Source of the DNA: Neodothiora populina
Taxonomy: Eukaryota
Direction of reading: 5' to 3'
DNA length: 64,000 nt
NCBI RefSeq assembly: GCF_041146345.1
Contig: NW_027191410.1
Span: 744,001 to 808,000 of the forward strand
The notes under the pieces were generated by a model, which saw nothing but the letters and a program-made list of their open reading frames with translations, did not search any database and was not told where the DNA came from. Of the stretch, positions 1 to 12,987 are shown piece by piece (position 1 is the first letter of the stretch; each line of letters begins with the position of its first letter). A program made the translations under genes and the position numbers.

Positions 1-1888
1 GTGTATCACCATAGATGAACGGTTTTGTGAGCTTCAGAGCGTACGCTTTGAGAGCATACACGTTGTCAGAGAAAACGATGACCTTGTCGCCTCGCTTCTC
101 GTGGAAGTCTATCAGAAACTGACAGGCCTGAAACTTTCTAGGGTTCATGGTAGAGAGCAGTGATCGCTGGTTCGTGGTTCTCGATTTGAGGTACTCGGAA
201 TAGAACTCAGTAGTCATCGGACACCAGACTTCAGCGCACTGCACTCGAGCGATGTGTCCCTCTTCAGATAATTGCAGCCAATTGGCTTCGTAAAGCTTCG
301 GGCCAATCAAGAAATTGAGATCCTTGATCTTGTCATCTTCTCGAAGCAGAGTAGCTGTCAATCCTAACTTCGAGTGCGTCTTGATCTTAGATGTGACTCT
401 GCGGAACATCTCAGCTGGAACAACGTGCACCTCATCAAGGACCATCAGACCCCATTCGCGAGACGTGATGAAGTCCATGACTTGTTGACTGTCGTGTGCC
501 CTTCTGGTGTTTTGAGTGACCATACTGTAGGTGCAGATGATGATACCTGCTTTGGCATTCAACTTCTCCTTTTCTCCTGACGTGAAAATAGCAATATCGT
601 CGGGATTAATGTTGGACCACTTCAAAAATTCGTACTTCCACTGCACCACACTCATGGCCGAGGTACACAGCACGATGGCGGACTTCTTCACAGTACATGC
701 GGCAGTGATGCCGACCAAAGTCTTGCCTGCGCCACAGGGAAGAACGATGATGCCACTTCTAGCACGACCATTACCGAACATCTTGCTCAAAGCATGCTCC
801 TGGTAGTAACGAATCTGGGCCGAGGGGCGGAGGTCGATGTCGAGATTGGCGTTTACTTCGTCGTTGCGGAAATCGTACTCCTCGGTGAGGGGCAACTGAA
901 GCTTGACATTGCACTGTTCTTGGACAGCTTGAATCATATTTCCATCAATCTGGAACGAATGCACCTGGTCGCCCTCATCGTCATCGTCGTCGTCTTCGCG
1001 TAAGTAAGTGGTCATATCCTGTTCAGCGTTTGCCTTCTCTCCGTCATCTTCCTCGTCAGATTCATCATCGTCTTCTTCTTCCTGCTGTTTTCGGCGAGCG
1101 GCCTGCGCTTCCGCCTGTTTTACACCAGCCGCATCTTTAGTACCTGGAATGACCAGACCGGCCATCTGCGGAGCTTTCTCTTGTATCAACTCATCCGTCT
1201 CTTGAACTCTCGCGGCTCCGATGACGGGATCGCGAAGCAACATCTGCAACACGGCGGGATCCTGACTTTCGATCCAGTACTTGTTGTGTTTCAGAACCAG
1301 GCGCACTTTGCCGAATGATTGAGTTGCGGTGAAGATGAAAGTCTTGAGGCCTTCGGGCAGCCTCGTCTTGGAGAAGGTCTCCAACTGACGGATAATATCA
1401 TCGGTGGTCAGGCCAACAGATACGGCAGCGAACAGACTGTGGGCGGTGATAGTGTACTCGTGAACATTTGTAGTACGCGATTGCGGTTCGGCGATATTGA
1501 TCAGAAAGTTCTGAGCCTGCTTGAAGGAGGGAGAAAAGGTCTCAAGGACTACTTTGCCCTTTTCTGGGTCCAACCAGAGAGGACGCACGGCATGATCTGG
1601 TTTCAATTCAAGGTCGGAAAGGTCACGATTTGATTTGAAGAGAGAACTGGCAGCGTCCTTCTCTACATGTATCGGGTTCTTTGAACGGTATGATGACGCT
1701 TGGAATTTCTTGACTACATTTCCGAGGTCCTGTTGTGGCATAGAGCCGGCATCGTCGCCGTCGTCATCGGCGTAGTCGGAAAAATCGTCGTCGCTACTAC
1801 CCATACTAACAGGCGTGTTCGCCTCTGATGCCACACGTTTGGCAGGCCTGCTGGCACTGGCAGCCGGAGCCTTGCGTTTGGGCGCCAT
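1..1888 (-). CDS. SSL2: TFIIH DNA helicase XPB/Ssl2 (3' end runs off the window)
   Basis: Minus-strand frame from ATG 1888 (MAPKRKAPAA...) reads RSGIIVLPCGAGKTLVG (Walker A), LDEVHVVPA (DExH), KLGLTATLLREDDKI, IGPKLYEANW, QCAEVWCPMT. Not in the ORF track because the stop is outside the window. Confidence 0.96.
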   Translation of the reverse strand, partial: MAPKRKAPAASASRPAKRVASEANTPVSMGSSDDDFSDYADDDGDDAGSMPQQDLGNVVKKFQASSYRSKNPIHVEKDAASSLFKSNRDLSDLELKPDHAVRPLWLDPEKGKVVLETFSPSFKQAQNFLINIAEPQSRTTNVHEYTITAHSLFAAVSVGLTTDDIIRQLETFSKTRLPEGLKTFIFTATQSFGKVRLVLKHNKYWIESQDPAVLQMLLRDPVIGAARVQETDELIQEKAPQMAGLVIPGTKDAAGVKQAEAQAARRKQQEEEDDDESDEEDDGEKANAEQDMTTYLREDDDDDDEGDQVHSFQIDGNMIQAVQEQCNVKLQLPLTEEYDFRNDEVNANLDIDLRPSAQIRYYQEHALSKMFGNGRARSGIIVLPCGAGKTLVGITAACTVKKSAIVLCTSAMSVVQWKYEFLKWSNINPDDIAIFTSGEKEKLNAKAGIIICTYSMVTQNTRRAHDSQQVMDFITSREWGLMVLDEVHVVPAEMFRRVTSKIKTHSKLGLTATLLREDDKIKDLNFLIGPKLYEANWLQLSEEGHIARVQCAEVWCPMTTEFYSEYLKSRTTNQRSLLSTMNPRKFQACQFLIDFHEKRGDKVIVFSDNVYALKAYALKLTKPFIYGDT

Positions 1889-2683
1889 AGTTGCGACAGT
1901 GATGCGTTACGACGTTACAGTCCGCGTTGCAAGATGGAGGCTGGTAGTCGACAGGCGTGCTTTTGACTATGAATGCTGACTAAACGCTGCGACGGAGATA
2001 CAGTACATACGGTACCAGTCAGTGTACTTGTAGCCTAGAGCCTCAGTGGCGAGTGGTCTATGACTCAAGGAAAGAAAGAAAGCAGGCTGATGCGGTGTGG
2101 ACCGCGACTCGATCACAGTGTTGAAATGTGGCTGTTCTGAAGACTCGTAGATATACTTTTGCGTGGGAAGAAAGCAATACTCGAAGTGAAGTCAATTGAA
2201 GATGGCTCAAATGAGCAACTCACGAGCGTATTGCAATCAATGATGTCGGAGATGGACAGCGCTGTAAGACATGATTTCGTCTTGGCTGGTTCGGCGTCAA
2301 CGGCGACTCGGCTTGGCAGTCCCGCGTCCCGATAGCTCACGATCCCGCTCCGATATCAGGTGAGGTTCTAGTCCGCCCTTCCTTGCGCTGGACTAATCTC
2401 GAACAGTGCAGTACTTGCCTTGCCAAATTGTATGTTGTTTTTTATGTTTGCGCCTTCTACCTTCCTTGCCATTCATCCATCTCTCCCGTCTCGCTCGTGT
2501 CTGTTCCGCCAGACTGAAATTACGATTGCCTCATCTCAATCGAACGGCTCACTCCCAGTCCATTCCATCATCTTACCATCATCTAGTGCCAAGGCTTACA
2601 TCAGTTGCGACTGACGGCAATAACCAAGAAGTCATCTTGCTTCACATTCACATTACGCACCTCTCTACAAATAGACAACAGCC

Positions 2684-3150
2684 ATGAACACAGTAAGAGC
2701 AGACTCTTTTCAGCTTTGCGATCATATAGTCAATACTAACTTGCGGCTAGGTGAGATCCGTAGGGTACGTTATCTTGGGCTCGCATTACCCACCATATCC
2801 GTGTTTGTAGCGGTTCGTCAATCGCTCCGGAGCTGATTCACCATCACCATAGTTACGGCTGGGGTATCCTCGTTGCTGCGGGCGGCGGTGCCTATTACTT
2901 CGCCAAGAAGAGCATCAACGCAGACCGCGCTGAACGCGCCGAAGCCGAAGAACGACGACGACAAGCTATGCAACAGCTCCAATGGTCCCAACCCCCTCCG
3001 CCGCGAAAGAGCAGCGGTCATGCGGAACCGAGCAAAGAGGCACAGCAAGACATGTCCCCGTCCATGGGTCACGTTGACGAAAGCAAGGAGCCGCCCTTGT
3101 ATGAGACCAGCAAGCCTTTTAGGAGCAAGAAGGGTGACAGGTTCAGTTGA
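2684..3150 (+). CDS. Small single-TM protein, DUF4748-like (3 exons)
   Basis: Exons 2684-2692, 2751-2764, 2853-3150 join to MNTVRSVGYGWGILVAAGGGAYYFAKKSINADRAER...FRSKKGDRFS*; both introns have GT donors, branch sites and TAG acceptors. Confidence 0.8.
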
Positions 3151-5136
3151 TCACATCACACACGGCATGATCATTCTTCTCAGGCATTTTGTTATGAGAT
3201 TGTATTTGTAGAAAGGGGAGCTGAGCAATAATGGCTTCCTTGCTTTCTAATGTGCATCGACTCTCTCCTTGATCCTTCTCAGTCCTTCCAGCAGCTGTAC
3301 CGCATGTTATGGTATACCCAATGAAAACAATAGACCCCAGCACTTGTGAAAGTGTGCTATCCGTTCGCGACCTTTGCGATCACTAGTAGGGAGGGTATGT
3401 CCGAACGCCGGCAAGATGCCTCAATATCATAAACGCCTACCCATGACTGTGTGCCAACAGTCAAGGACTCAATGAAATGCAATTGTTGTCTTCGCCCGGC
3501 GCTGGACATTTATATCCTGCCGAAGTCTTCCAGGCGAGATCCGTATGATGGAAGGCAGTCTCTGAAGCTTAAGGGTCGCCTGTTATATGGTTAGTCCATT
3601 GCTAAGGTACCTTAAGCGGACTTAACAACGCGGGGAAGCTACCTACATTTTGGCAAAAGTACCGTCCTTGCGGGTTCGTCTGCTCATCTCCGCTGCACCT
3701 GCGAAAGGTGCGCTGAAAGCAATGCAGATATATGCGACAGTGGCTACAAAAGCGACGCGGTCCTTGACAGTGATTGGGCACCCGACGCGGGCGGCGCTAG
3801 AATAAAATCGTAGGCTCTGCATGGTTGTTTGTGAAGTAATTTGAGACTCGTTGTCCGGTGAATATGGAAATCAACAGTATTGTTTACTGTGATGCGGTCT
3901 GATTCGATGGCGTAGTAGAGGCAGTAATCACGAGTGCGATGTCGAATAGTTTATGGTATGTATTGATTGACTTGACAAGCAATTGGTAACCTTGTATCGA
4001 AGCGAAGCTTGTACTATAATGGTACTTGGACTGTGGGAAAAAATGGTATCTAGTTAAGAGGACTAAAAAGCTAAGGGAAAAGGAAACTGGCAATACCCAA
4101 ATCATATATAAAAGCAAAAGCCCGACCGGTATTGTCTTGTCTCTCTTGTTATGACGAGTTCCTCAGACCACATGAGCCCATTTATTGTGGGCTAATTCAC
4201 TCCATATCGGGCAATCTTTGCCCAGCTTGCCAGCCCCCAGCTCCACCTTCAGATGCACCTTGCAGCAACGAATCCAATTTATGGTGCCACATCGCGTGAT
4301 TGCCAAGTGCACATCCGTGATTCACACAGTGTAACTACTCGGAATCTTCTGTGAACCACAAGTGTCTCATAAGGAAGTCACTCAGACAGACAAAATCATG
4401 ATTTGCATTTTTCTTGTCGCAGCGTATCATATTTCGTATTAAATCCCCCCTCAACCTGTGAGACCCTTCTCGTGCGATTCTGAGTCGCTTTGCATCTTTT
4501 CCGAGCAAACCAGACCATCAGGGTCGTCCCGTCCCATATGCCGCGTCTCTTTCGCGATGCGGGGCAATCTTGTCTCGATGTGGGGTTGCAGTACCGTTCA
4601 TCACTGCCTGAGTTATTTTCTTCGACCAACACTATATCGCCCCATGTGGTCCGCCAGGGTCCAATCGTCACTCTGCTAACTATAAGATGTACAAGGACTC
4701 GAAACGTGCCGTTCATTGATCTTCGCGGATGTGTCAGTCGGTATTGTACAGTAGCAGGGAAGCTGATGAGCAAAAGAGGACGACATTGCGATATCGCAAG
4801 TTGCGATTCGGACCCCCGCCACGTGAACCTTGAGCTCCCCAAGCCCAAAGTCGGTGAGCGCAAAATTGTTACAGTCACGGGCGAGATCAGTCAATTGGTG
4901 CCTTAGCGGCGTCCATTGACGTATGCGGAGCTGTCGTCGGAAGTCCCGTCGCTATCACTACGAGATGATTATGACTCGGATGTGCACCGTGCAGAACACG
5001 AGGCCTTGATAAAAAGTCTGGGCTATACTCGGCACTTTTCTTGAATCTGAACAAGTCTGACCATGACTACCGAGAGCTCGAGGGAATCAGGAGTGGTACA
5101 GGACACTACGGAATGCACTATAAAGCACCAGTAGAT

Positions 5137-7614
5137 CTATAACTTGCTCCGTCGTGTAACCGTATCCTCTACTTTGGCGAATTGATAGTAGTACTCAAGA
5201 CTCTCTGGGTTAAGCAAGGTACCAGAAGGCTTTACTATTTCCCCACTAACAATGCGTTTGACAGGCAGCTCGACTTTTTTGAGGTTCACGGTTGTCTGTG
5301 TGTACATCAGCAGTTGCACAGCGTGTACATTGCAAGGCAGTGTGTGGACGACACCGAGTATGTGACTTCAGCATAGGACTCTCTTACCGGAATTTCGGGC
5401 GTTTCGAATATGTACTTGGGGATATGCCGTTGCGAGCACTCTTTCCCAATCCTTTGTCGGACCTTCTTGACCAGATCTTGGTTGAAAGTCTGACCAGGTT
5501 TCATGAGCAAGAAAAGCATCACGCTCTCATCTGCATCAGCTGGTCGTCTACGTCCAACGCATAGGCTGTCCTGGACCTCCTTGTCAAAGAACGTCTCGAT
5601 GGCCGAGTATATCTCAGCGGAGCCAAAGCGAACTCCTGACGGGTTAAGCACGCCGTCGGAACGGCCAAGGAAGTAGACTCCCCCCGTTTTGGGGTGGACA
5701 TGTATGAAATCACCGTGAGTCCAAGTATTGTCGAAACGACCAAAATATGCGTCAAACAACTTTTCTCCTGTCTTGTCGCCCCAGAACATTACTGGCTGGT
5801 TGGGAAAAGGTGCAGTTCTATACTCGTCAGTCTCGGAATGTCTGATATCCTCGGGGTTCTTCAGCTCACACGACAAGTTCACCAGCCTCGCCAGTAGCCA
5901 TCGGTTTTCCTCGAACGCCTTTTCCCCCTTCTAACGTCTGATCGAATATCTCAACCTTCAAACCTAGTCCTCGTGCTTGACACCCACCGACATACACTGG
6001 CTTTAGTGGCGTCTCTAATCCAAAACATCCTGCCAAGTCAGTACCTCCTGAAATATTCGCGAGCTGTACCGTAGGTGGGAAGGCCACATCATAGACCCAT
6101 TCAAACAGAGACTCTGACAGAACCATACCGGTCGAAGTGATGCGGCGCAGGTGTGAGAGATCGGTTTCTGCCTTTGGGATTACAGGAGGGGATGCTGAGG
6201 CCAATGTCTGCAAGTATCGTGGAGAAATGCCTAGATCGGTGACTTTCTGCTCCCCTACCAATTTCACGAAAGTCCGAAGGTCAGGTTGGAAGGGCGACCC
6301 GTCGTATAGGATCGACCTAGCTCCGTGTTGGAGTGCCATCACTGATTGGAGATACATGATCCAGCCGGTTGTGGTATATTGAAGACCAACAGTCGTTGGT
6401 CCCAGATCTCTATGCAGCTTTCCTTCCTTCTGACCATTGAGCAGGACTCCCCCTATCGAATGTACGATGCATTTCGGGACACCAGTTGTTCCACTGCTGT
6501 AGACTATGAGGAATTGATCACAAAAATCCAGTCTTTCGAATACCAGATCCTTTCTGCTTTGGCTTTTTTTAAGGAAAGAGGCCAAACTCAGGCTCCTCGC
6601 CACTTTTCCCACGTCCAGAGGATCCATATGAAATCTAGGCATACTCACGAGACCTTTGAATTCGCGCACGTGCTGCATACCTCCCACGATCTCCTCCATC
6701 TTTCCCCGCAGATCGACCTTCTTCCCGTTGTACACCGCCCAATCGTCTACGAAGACGAAGCGCGGTTTGATCTGCAGCAGTCTGTCGAGTATGCCCTTGA
6801 TTCCCATATCCGTGGAGGAGCTGCTGAACAGACCACCAACGGAGGCGATGGCGAGCATGACGGTTAATGTATCGATCGAGTTGGATGCCACCACAGCCAC
6901 GCGATCTCCCTTCTCGACACCGTGCGCCTTCATCGCCTGCGCCATCAAGCCCACTCTCTCCCGCAACTCCCTCCACGTGGCGTTCTGTATCTCATGGCAG
7001 CCCTCTCTGACCTCTGTACAGGCGGTCTTGTCGTCTTCTTTGCCCACAACAGACCGTTCCGAGTTGTCTTCGGAACCTGTAGAGAAGAGGATGTTCTCGG
7101 CAAAGTTGAGTTTCACACCGGAAAACCATTGGGGGCTTGAATCCATGCGGGCCGTGGGGTCGACCGGTCGCGTGTACTTGCCATGATGCACGAGCGGGTG
7201 TAGATCGAAGAGGTCGGCCCAGAAATCAGTACCGGACACCGACCACTCGTATAGATCTTCGTAAGTCTTTGGGAGAAGCTGTCAGTATGTTTATAAGTGC
7301 ATATGTTCCATATATGAGTCGTCATTAGTACTGTCAGTAGGGGGTGGTATATATATCTATGCTAGAACTCCGTCAGAGGGGGGGGCGTACATTGGACAAA
7401 TTCATTGCGTCCGAGACGTATAACCAAATCAAATAAACAACAGTCAGGCCATTCTTCACGTAAGACTCTAAGTAAAGCTTACCTTCAAGCTCAACCCTCT
7501 CCTGCGATTGACGTCCTGCATAAACCTCGCCATGTAGGTATTCTGAGGACTCGGATGCTCCCAGAGCTTCCTAGGCATCGCGAGCGACGCAGACGAAGAC
7601 GACGACGAGGCCAT
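5137..7614 (-). CDS. Acetoacetyl-CoA synthetase (AMP-binding), C-terminal SKL
   Basis: ATG 7614 ([20 protein letters not shown]); introns 7482-7267, ~5869-5818, ~5387-5296; motifs KLNFAENIL, YSSGTTGVPKCIVH, NISGGTD, WTHGDF, GRSDGVLNPSGVRFGSAEIY, KKVELPVK; ends RRSKL*. Confidence 0.93.
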
Positions 7615-8751
7615 TTCGCCACTACTTCAGGATGATCGACCGTATATATAAGCAAACGAGTTCAAGCAGCTAGAGGCAACAAAAGACTATACACCGTGCT
7701 TTTTCTCTCAACAAACGAACAACAACGACCCGAGGCTAACAGTCCGTGATGGTCGATACGTGACGAATACGCTTGACTATCCTATCACGCCAAACAGTAA
7801 GATGGCTAGAGAGGGCGAGTGAGGGAAGGGTCCCGACGGACGGCGCATGCTCTACCGTGCGGAATCTTACCACACATGCCCACATACATTCACCTACGGT
7901 ACCGCACTTTCTACTTGGGAAGTGGTAGCTACCTGACCTACAACATAGAGGAGCTCGGTAGTACGGGCGCGAATAAGGTACCTCGTCGCGGTACCAAACG
8001 AGCGGAGAAGCGGGGTTATGAATCTCAAAGCGAACCGAGGGCGTGGAGCTTCGAGGGCGACCCTGGCTTGTTGGTTGTTGGGTTGAAAAATCGACATTAT
8101 GGATGACTTGGTGGTTGTCTTACTCCATGTCGTTCTTAACAAGTGCGTTGGTGCTCTAATGGACTACATGCTGTAGGACGGGATGTAGAAAGTTGTTAGA
8201 GGCGTATGTTGGCGGCATGTCTTCGAGCCATTGTAGTCTGGAACTGATAGACGACTGTGCGGATCTTTTTGGAGTACCGAAACTTATATAACTTTGCGAT
8301 TGTTTTTCCCTTGGAAATATCCATAAGATACAACAAGACTACGCTGAAGTGCACACTGAACCTCAATGGCCTAGCCTCGAAGACGTTGGTAAGAAGAATT
8401 GAGCATATTGCATTTGTTTGCTTGTATTGTCTTTACGAGACAGAAAGATTCCGAGCTCTGGCATCATCGAGACGGCCTATATACGCTCGAAAATAAAGAC
8501 CAATTTGGTATCAAACAGACGTGAAGCATGGGCATCAGTGGATGAAATTAACAGAACGTCCCGAACGCCTCAGCAATGGCCTTGCCATTTGTACAGTCCT
8601 TTCCAAAAATGTACCAGACATTAAATCCACCCTTTGTGTTTCGTAGCGGCAATGCGCTTCATCTCCAGAGGGGTCGACCCGACGTAGACCCGATCATTAT
8701 GATCCACAGGCGGGGCAACGGGTAACGATCACCCGCACACAGATTGCTCCC

Positions 8752-9816
8752 TCATCGGCTTCGAAGATTCATCACACTCTCGACTTTTCTCATAGTGGGG
8801 ATGCGCATTCGTTTCGACTGACTGCTCTCACGAGACTCCTCGATGGGACCGAAGGAGTCCATTCTGAGAGCAAAGGGACGGGGTGTGACCGAGTATCTAG
8901 GCTGCGCAATGGGAAAGTCCGGCAAGTTCTTGGCAAAAGGGCGATCGTTGTTGTTAGGTCGCGTCGCAGTCTTTGACCGAAGGCTTTTGTTGCTATACTC
9001 TGATGGAATGTAAGAGTATGTAGGAGGTGCACTTCGCAAAGCGGATGATCCAAGTCGCGGGTCGGACGTATCGTGCTTAACAATTTGCAGCTTCTTCGGG
9101 CGTAGTTCTTCATGGGCCTTACGACCCTTAGCCGTTGTGGTGGACTTCTTGGTAAGACCAGGACTAGCGAGGGGATCGAAGTGATATGAGTAATTCGGCG
9201 TGTTGGGTGTAGATGGTGTGCGGGCTGAGGTTGGAGTTCTCAGACCTTGCTCCAGCAGCGGTGTTGAAGGAACGTTGCTCTCTGCAGACGATGACCTGCT
9301 GAGGCTGCGTGCGTATTGTGTCTGCGCAAGAGCCTCGTTGATGCTTTCGCTGAAAGCTTTACTTGTACGATCGTGCACTCTGCTCAGGGTCACACGTGGG
9401 TGCCTGAGCATGGGCGCCGATGTCGTTCTAGGAATGTGGATGAGCTTTGGTCGACCCGCGGCGAACAGTCTTATTGCACGAGCATGCTCGTACTGCTGCT
9501 TGATGAGACTGCATTCCTCTGCTAGAGATTCTGGTAGAGTAGTGACAAAGTCGAACGCCGAGTCATCACCACCAACGTTGGAAAAGGTTTTGGTACTGAA
9601 GCTCATGTCGTCGGATTCTGGTGCAGAACAATCTTCTTCGTCAGACAGGTAAGAGTTCAGGAACAATGGTTCAGAACACAAGTCTGTAATTGTGGCTGAC
9701 ATAATAAGTGGTGCAGGTTTGTAGTCGTGACCGTTTTTCTCCTGACCCCTGCGCATGTGACCCGGGCTGTGGAGGACATGCTCCGCATTCAACGAGAGCG
9801 CGATGTCAGAAGCCAT
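8752..9816 (-). CDS. Hypothetical Ser/Thr/Pro-rich, probably disordered protein
   Basis: Over 350 open codons from the first ATG at 9816; no recognisable domain. A GTGAGT donor at 10260 could add an upstream exon, so the start is uncertain. Confidence 0.65.
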   Translation of the reverse strand: MASDIALSLNAEHVLHSPGHMRRGQEKNGHDYKPAPLIMSATITDLCSEPLFLNSYLSDEEDCSAPESDDMSFSTKTFSNVGGDDSAFDFVTTLPESLAEECSLIKQQYEHARAIRLFAAGRPKLIHIPRTTSAPMLRHPRVTLSRVHDRTSKAFSESINEALAQTQYARSLSRSSSAESNVPSTPLLEQGLRTPTSARTPSTPNTPNYSYHFDPLASPGLTKKSTTTAKGRKAHEELRPKKLQIVKHDTSDPRLGSSALRSAPPTYSYIPSEYSNKSLRSKTATRPNNNDRPFAKNLPDFPIAQPRYSVTPRPFALRMDSFGPIEESRESSQSKRMRIPTMRKVESVMNLRSR

Positions 9817-12000
9817 TATCCTTTCAGCAACGAGATGACCGATACTGGTCAGATTTGAGGTAGTGCTATGCACGTGTCCCAAGGATGTGCAGCTCTGTGA
9901 CAAGAATACGACTTGTACTAGCAGGGCAGGTTGCTCGATGAGTGTTTGGTGACTTGACCCAAATTAAGAGAAGGTATTCAGGTTCACAGTCAATTTCCAG
10001 ACTAATGAATAGATGTTCAGAAAGCACGATGATCTGGCGTAATGCTCAATCGATAGAGATAGTCAAGGATAAAAGGAATGCAGGCCGAATTGGCGAAAGT
10101 TCAGATTTCAGAGAATGTGGATCAGTTGGAATACTAGTAAAGAGCGTAAGGTGAGGAGGCAGTAGCACAAGGAGCACAAAAAAGCAAAGTAAATTGGAAT
10201 GTCTGACACAACGTGGATAAACAGTATCTATTAAGACATGGCAGGTGGACGCGCACTCACTGAGTTTTCAGTTGGTGATGCGGCATAACCGCCATGCTCC
10301 GCCATCCTCTCAGCATCATGGCTTGTCGACGTGGAGAGTCTGGTATGCAGTGACGCTAACATCACTCAATCGCTGAGAAGCCTCACGGCGATTGCCCCTA
10401 ATCATTAGCGGCCGGCGCTGACGGGATAAGCAGCGTGTTGTCCTGGATTGGCGGTAATCCTCGATTGTCCAATCTGGTTCATGTGCAGCCATCTTGGCGT
10501 CTTCAGGAACCGGTACACTCCCGTCCATGTACGTCGTGCCGTCTGTCTGGCTTGCTGGGCGACCTGTCGCTCTCATGTACTTGCCCTGGCAGAAACTTTC
10601 CCCCAGTTTCTGTACCAGAGATTCGCATTGTACCTCGAGATGTAGACGGAGTTCAGCTCCCCAACCCACACATTCTTCAAGCCAAACGTGCAAGGAACAA
10701 AAGCATGGTGATGCCCTTGGGTCGGCTAGACATTCACTCGATCGCACGATGGAGTGCTATGCTATGCACAGAAAACGGGAATTGGAGTCGAGTCGCTCGT
10801 CTCCCAGCCGTTGAGACACTGCACACCACCACTGTGATTGCGATCTATCCGTCTTCTATTTTAGTCGCAATTCTTGAGACCTTTGATTATAGCCGTTGAC
10901 CTTCTGAACCGCGTCGCGTCTGTGAGTGTCTCGGACGAGACAAAATGGGTCAGCAGGTCGTCCAAGGCATGAACATATCAGCCTGCTTGTGTCTTCACGC
11001 GAATGTCGCAAAGTAGTCCAATTTTTTTTTAAAAAATCTGCTTGATTGTGGACCTGTGGATGTTGACTAGCGACGAAGTTGCTCGTGAAGCCAGTTCGTG
11101 AGGCTTCGATCAAGACCAGCTTCAGCTTAGGTTTTTCTTCCGTAGCTGCCTGCTTCACCCCCTATCAATCGTATCGACAAACGCTGCAACGTTTGTCTCC
11201 TATCACAACGGTCGCGTCACGACAACGCGTTCCGCGCTCTCCTATGTGCCTGCGTTGATTGTGTCCTCATGCTTTGTTCGCGTGAACAATAGAGATGGCG
11301 GGAGCAGTCCATGACGATGACGGGGCAAGAGGAGCATGCATAATTCGGGGTTATATCGATGTACAGTACAGTATCCTGGCCTTACGCGTTCGGTCACAAC
11401 GAACCGAAGGTATCGCGCAGGCAGGGACCGCGACACTGCGAGACACGTGGTTCGCAGCCAAGCCAAGGATACTCCTTGTAAATCACGCAAGACATAATCT
11501 CATTTGAGTTTAAGCTCCAAAGTGGTTCGTGTTCGACTGATGTCGCTACAGCGGATATACGTCGTCCAGAGTCTCTTGTCCCATATCGATCTGATGCTTA
11601 TGGCTGATGCATTGCGAGGACGCATGTTTCCTGCGCCTAAACATGTGATGATCGGCTATGCATGAGTCTGCACAAGTGGCGCATAAATGTCAAGGCAAAG
11701 CATGTGAGTGTGATCAGCCCAACAATGCCATCTGTTGACGGGTTACTTGGAGGTACCAACAATCAGACACCCTGATGATAAAACATGCAGAGTAGCAGCA
11801 GATAGCACTCGACGAGTTTTTTCGTGAATCCATGCAGTGGGAAGGTCATTACGATAGCGTACAAGTGATGAACAATGGCAAGAGCCCGAGAACAGGATGA
11901 AGGGTATCATTGAATATTGCTCAGATCAATCATCTCGTGCCAGAGTGATTGAGATGCGTAAATGATGTACATGATTGGTCTCACCGTCGAGGGCAACTGC

Positions 12001-12987
12001 TCAAGCAAACAGACCGGTGCCACCAGGGCTGCCTCGCCCTCGTTCGTACAGCCACTTGCTGTTCAGGCCAACACTTGCCTTGCCGCTGGCCAGACCAGTC
12101 GTTGACATGGAAGGTAGGGAGTTTCCGCTTCCGGAGCCAGACAGGTCTAGTGGAGAAGACCCGCCGTAGCTCAAGCGTCGAGCGGCAGAAGCACCCCCAA
12201 TGGCCTTCTGCATGAGTGGACTGGAGGAGGAGTATGGACTCCCAACGGGACCTTTACTTTGGCTCATTGTGGAAACGTTCTCGAACGAGGAGGGGCTTGC
12301 AGCTCTCGCGGAAAGTGGCGATCCTGAGGCGAGTCTTTGAGCGTTCGCGCTTGATCGAGGGGTAGAGGAGCGAGCGTAGCGAGGCGGAGTGATGTATTGC
12401 TGCCCCGGCGTCAGAGGAGCTGACGACGGCTTCAGACCGAGAAGAGCTCGCTGAGATGGTGTAAGAGGTATGTCTTCGACTTCGTCCTTGGCACTGAACA
12501 GCGGACGACATGCCGATGCGATGTTGAAGGTAAACAACAATCGCACGGCCCAGGCGGCATAAAGAGTGATCGGGTAGAAGGAAGCGAGCAGAGTCGAGAT
12601 TGCTGTGGTGATGCTGCAAAAGAGCAATGTTAGGGCCATGGTGACGACATACATAATGAAGACAGGAGCAGCTTACTACGACTCAACAAAGGCCGGAAGA
12701 TAGATTGACGCGACGAGTAGGCCAGCATTGATCATGATACGATTGACATTGTCGCCATTGAAGACGGCAGCATTCTGGCGGCGGGCGATCTCATCGAGGC
12801 TGGGATGGCTCCACGTTCCCGGCTGCGGCGTGCTGCTCTTCGACATGGTCAAAGGGGCAGAAGTCGTAGACGAGCCTCTTGGTTGGCCTCTGGGTTGTGG
12901 TGGTGTTGATGGTGTGTTTGATGTGTTGGTGCGCGACGACTGGGACACCGAGGCCGCACTGGGCCTCGCCATGACAGCGGAAGACAT
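12001..12987 (-). CDS. Nuclear pore membrane component, POM34/NPCC-like
   Basis: Two ORFs joined by an intron (GTAAGC...CTAAC...TGCAG, ~12676-12614); motifs PGTWSHPSLDEIARRQN, two hydrophobic segments, DIPLTPSQRALLGL, YITPPRY, LNSKWLYE. Confidence 0.75.

Noticed and set aside
4100..5050. Overlapping 138-160 aa ORFs with a TATA-like element and splice-like signals
   Set aside because: I could not assemble a convincing spliced protein or recognise any motif; left unresolved.
5866..5882. Apparent frameshift in acetoacetyl-CoA synthetase
   Set aside because: Resolved by an intron (GTGAGC...CTGAC...TAG) giving ELVVTAPFPNQP.
12676..12678. In-frame TAG TAA between two POM34-like ORFs, suggesting readthrough or a pseudogene
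   Set aside because: Explained by a canonical intron (TA|GTAAGC...GCAG|C).
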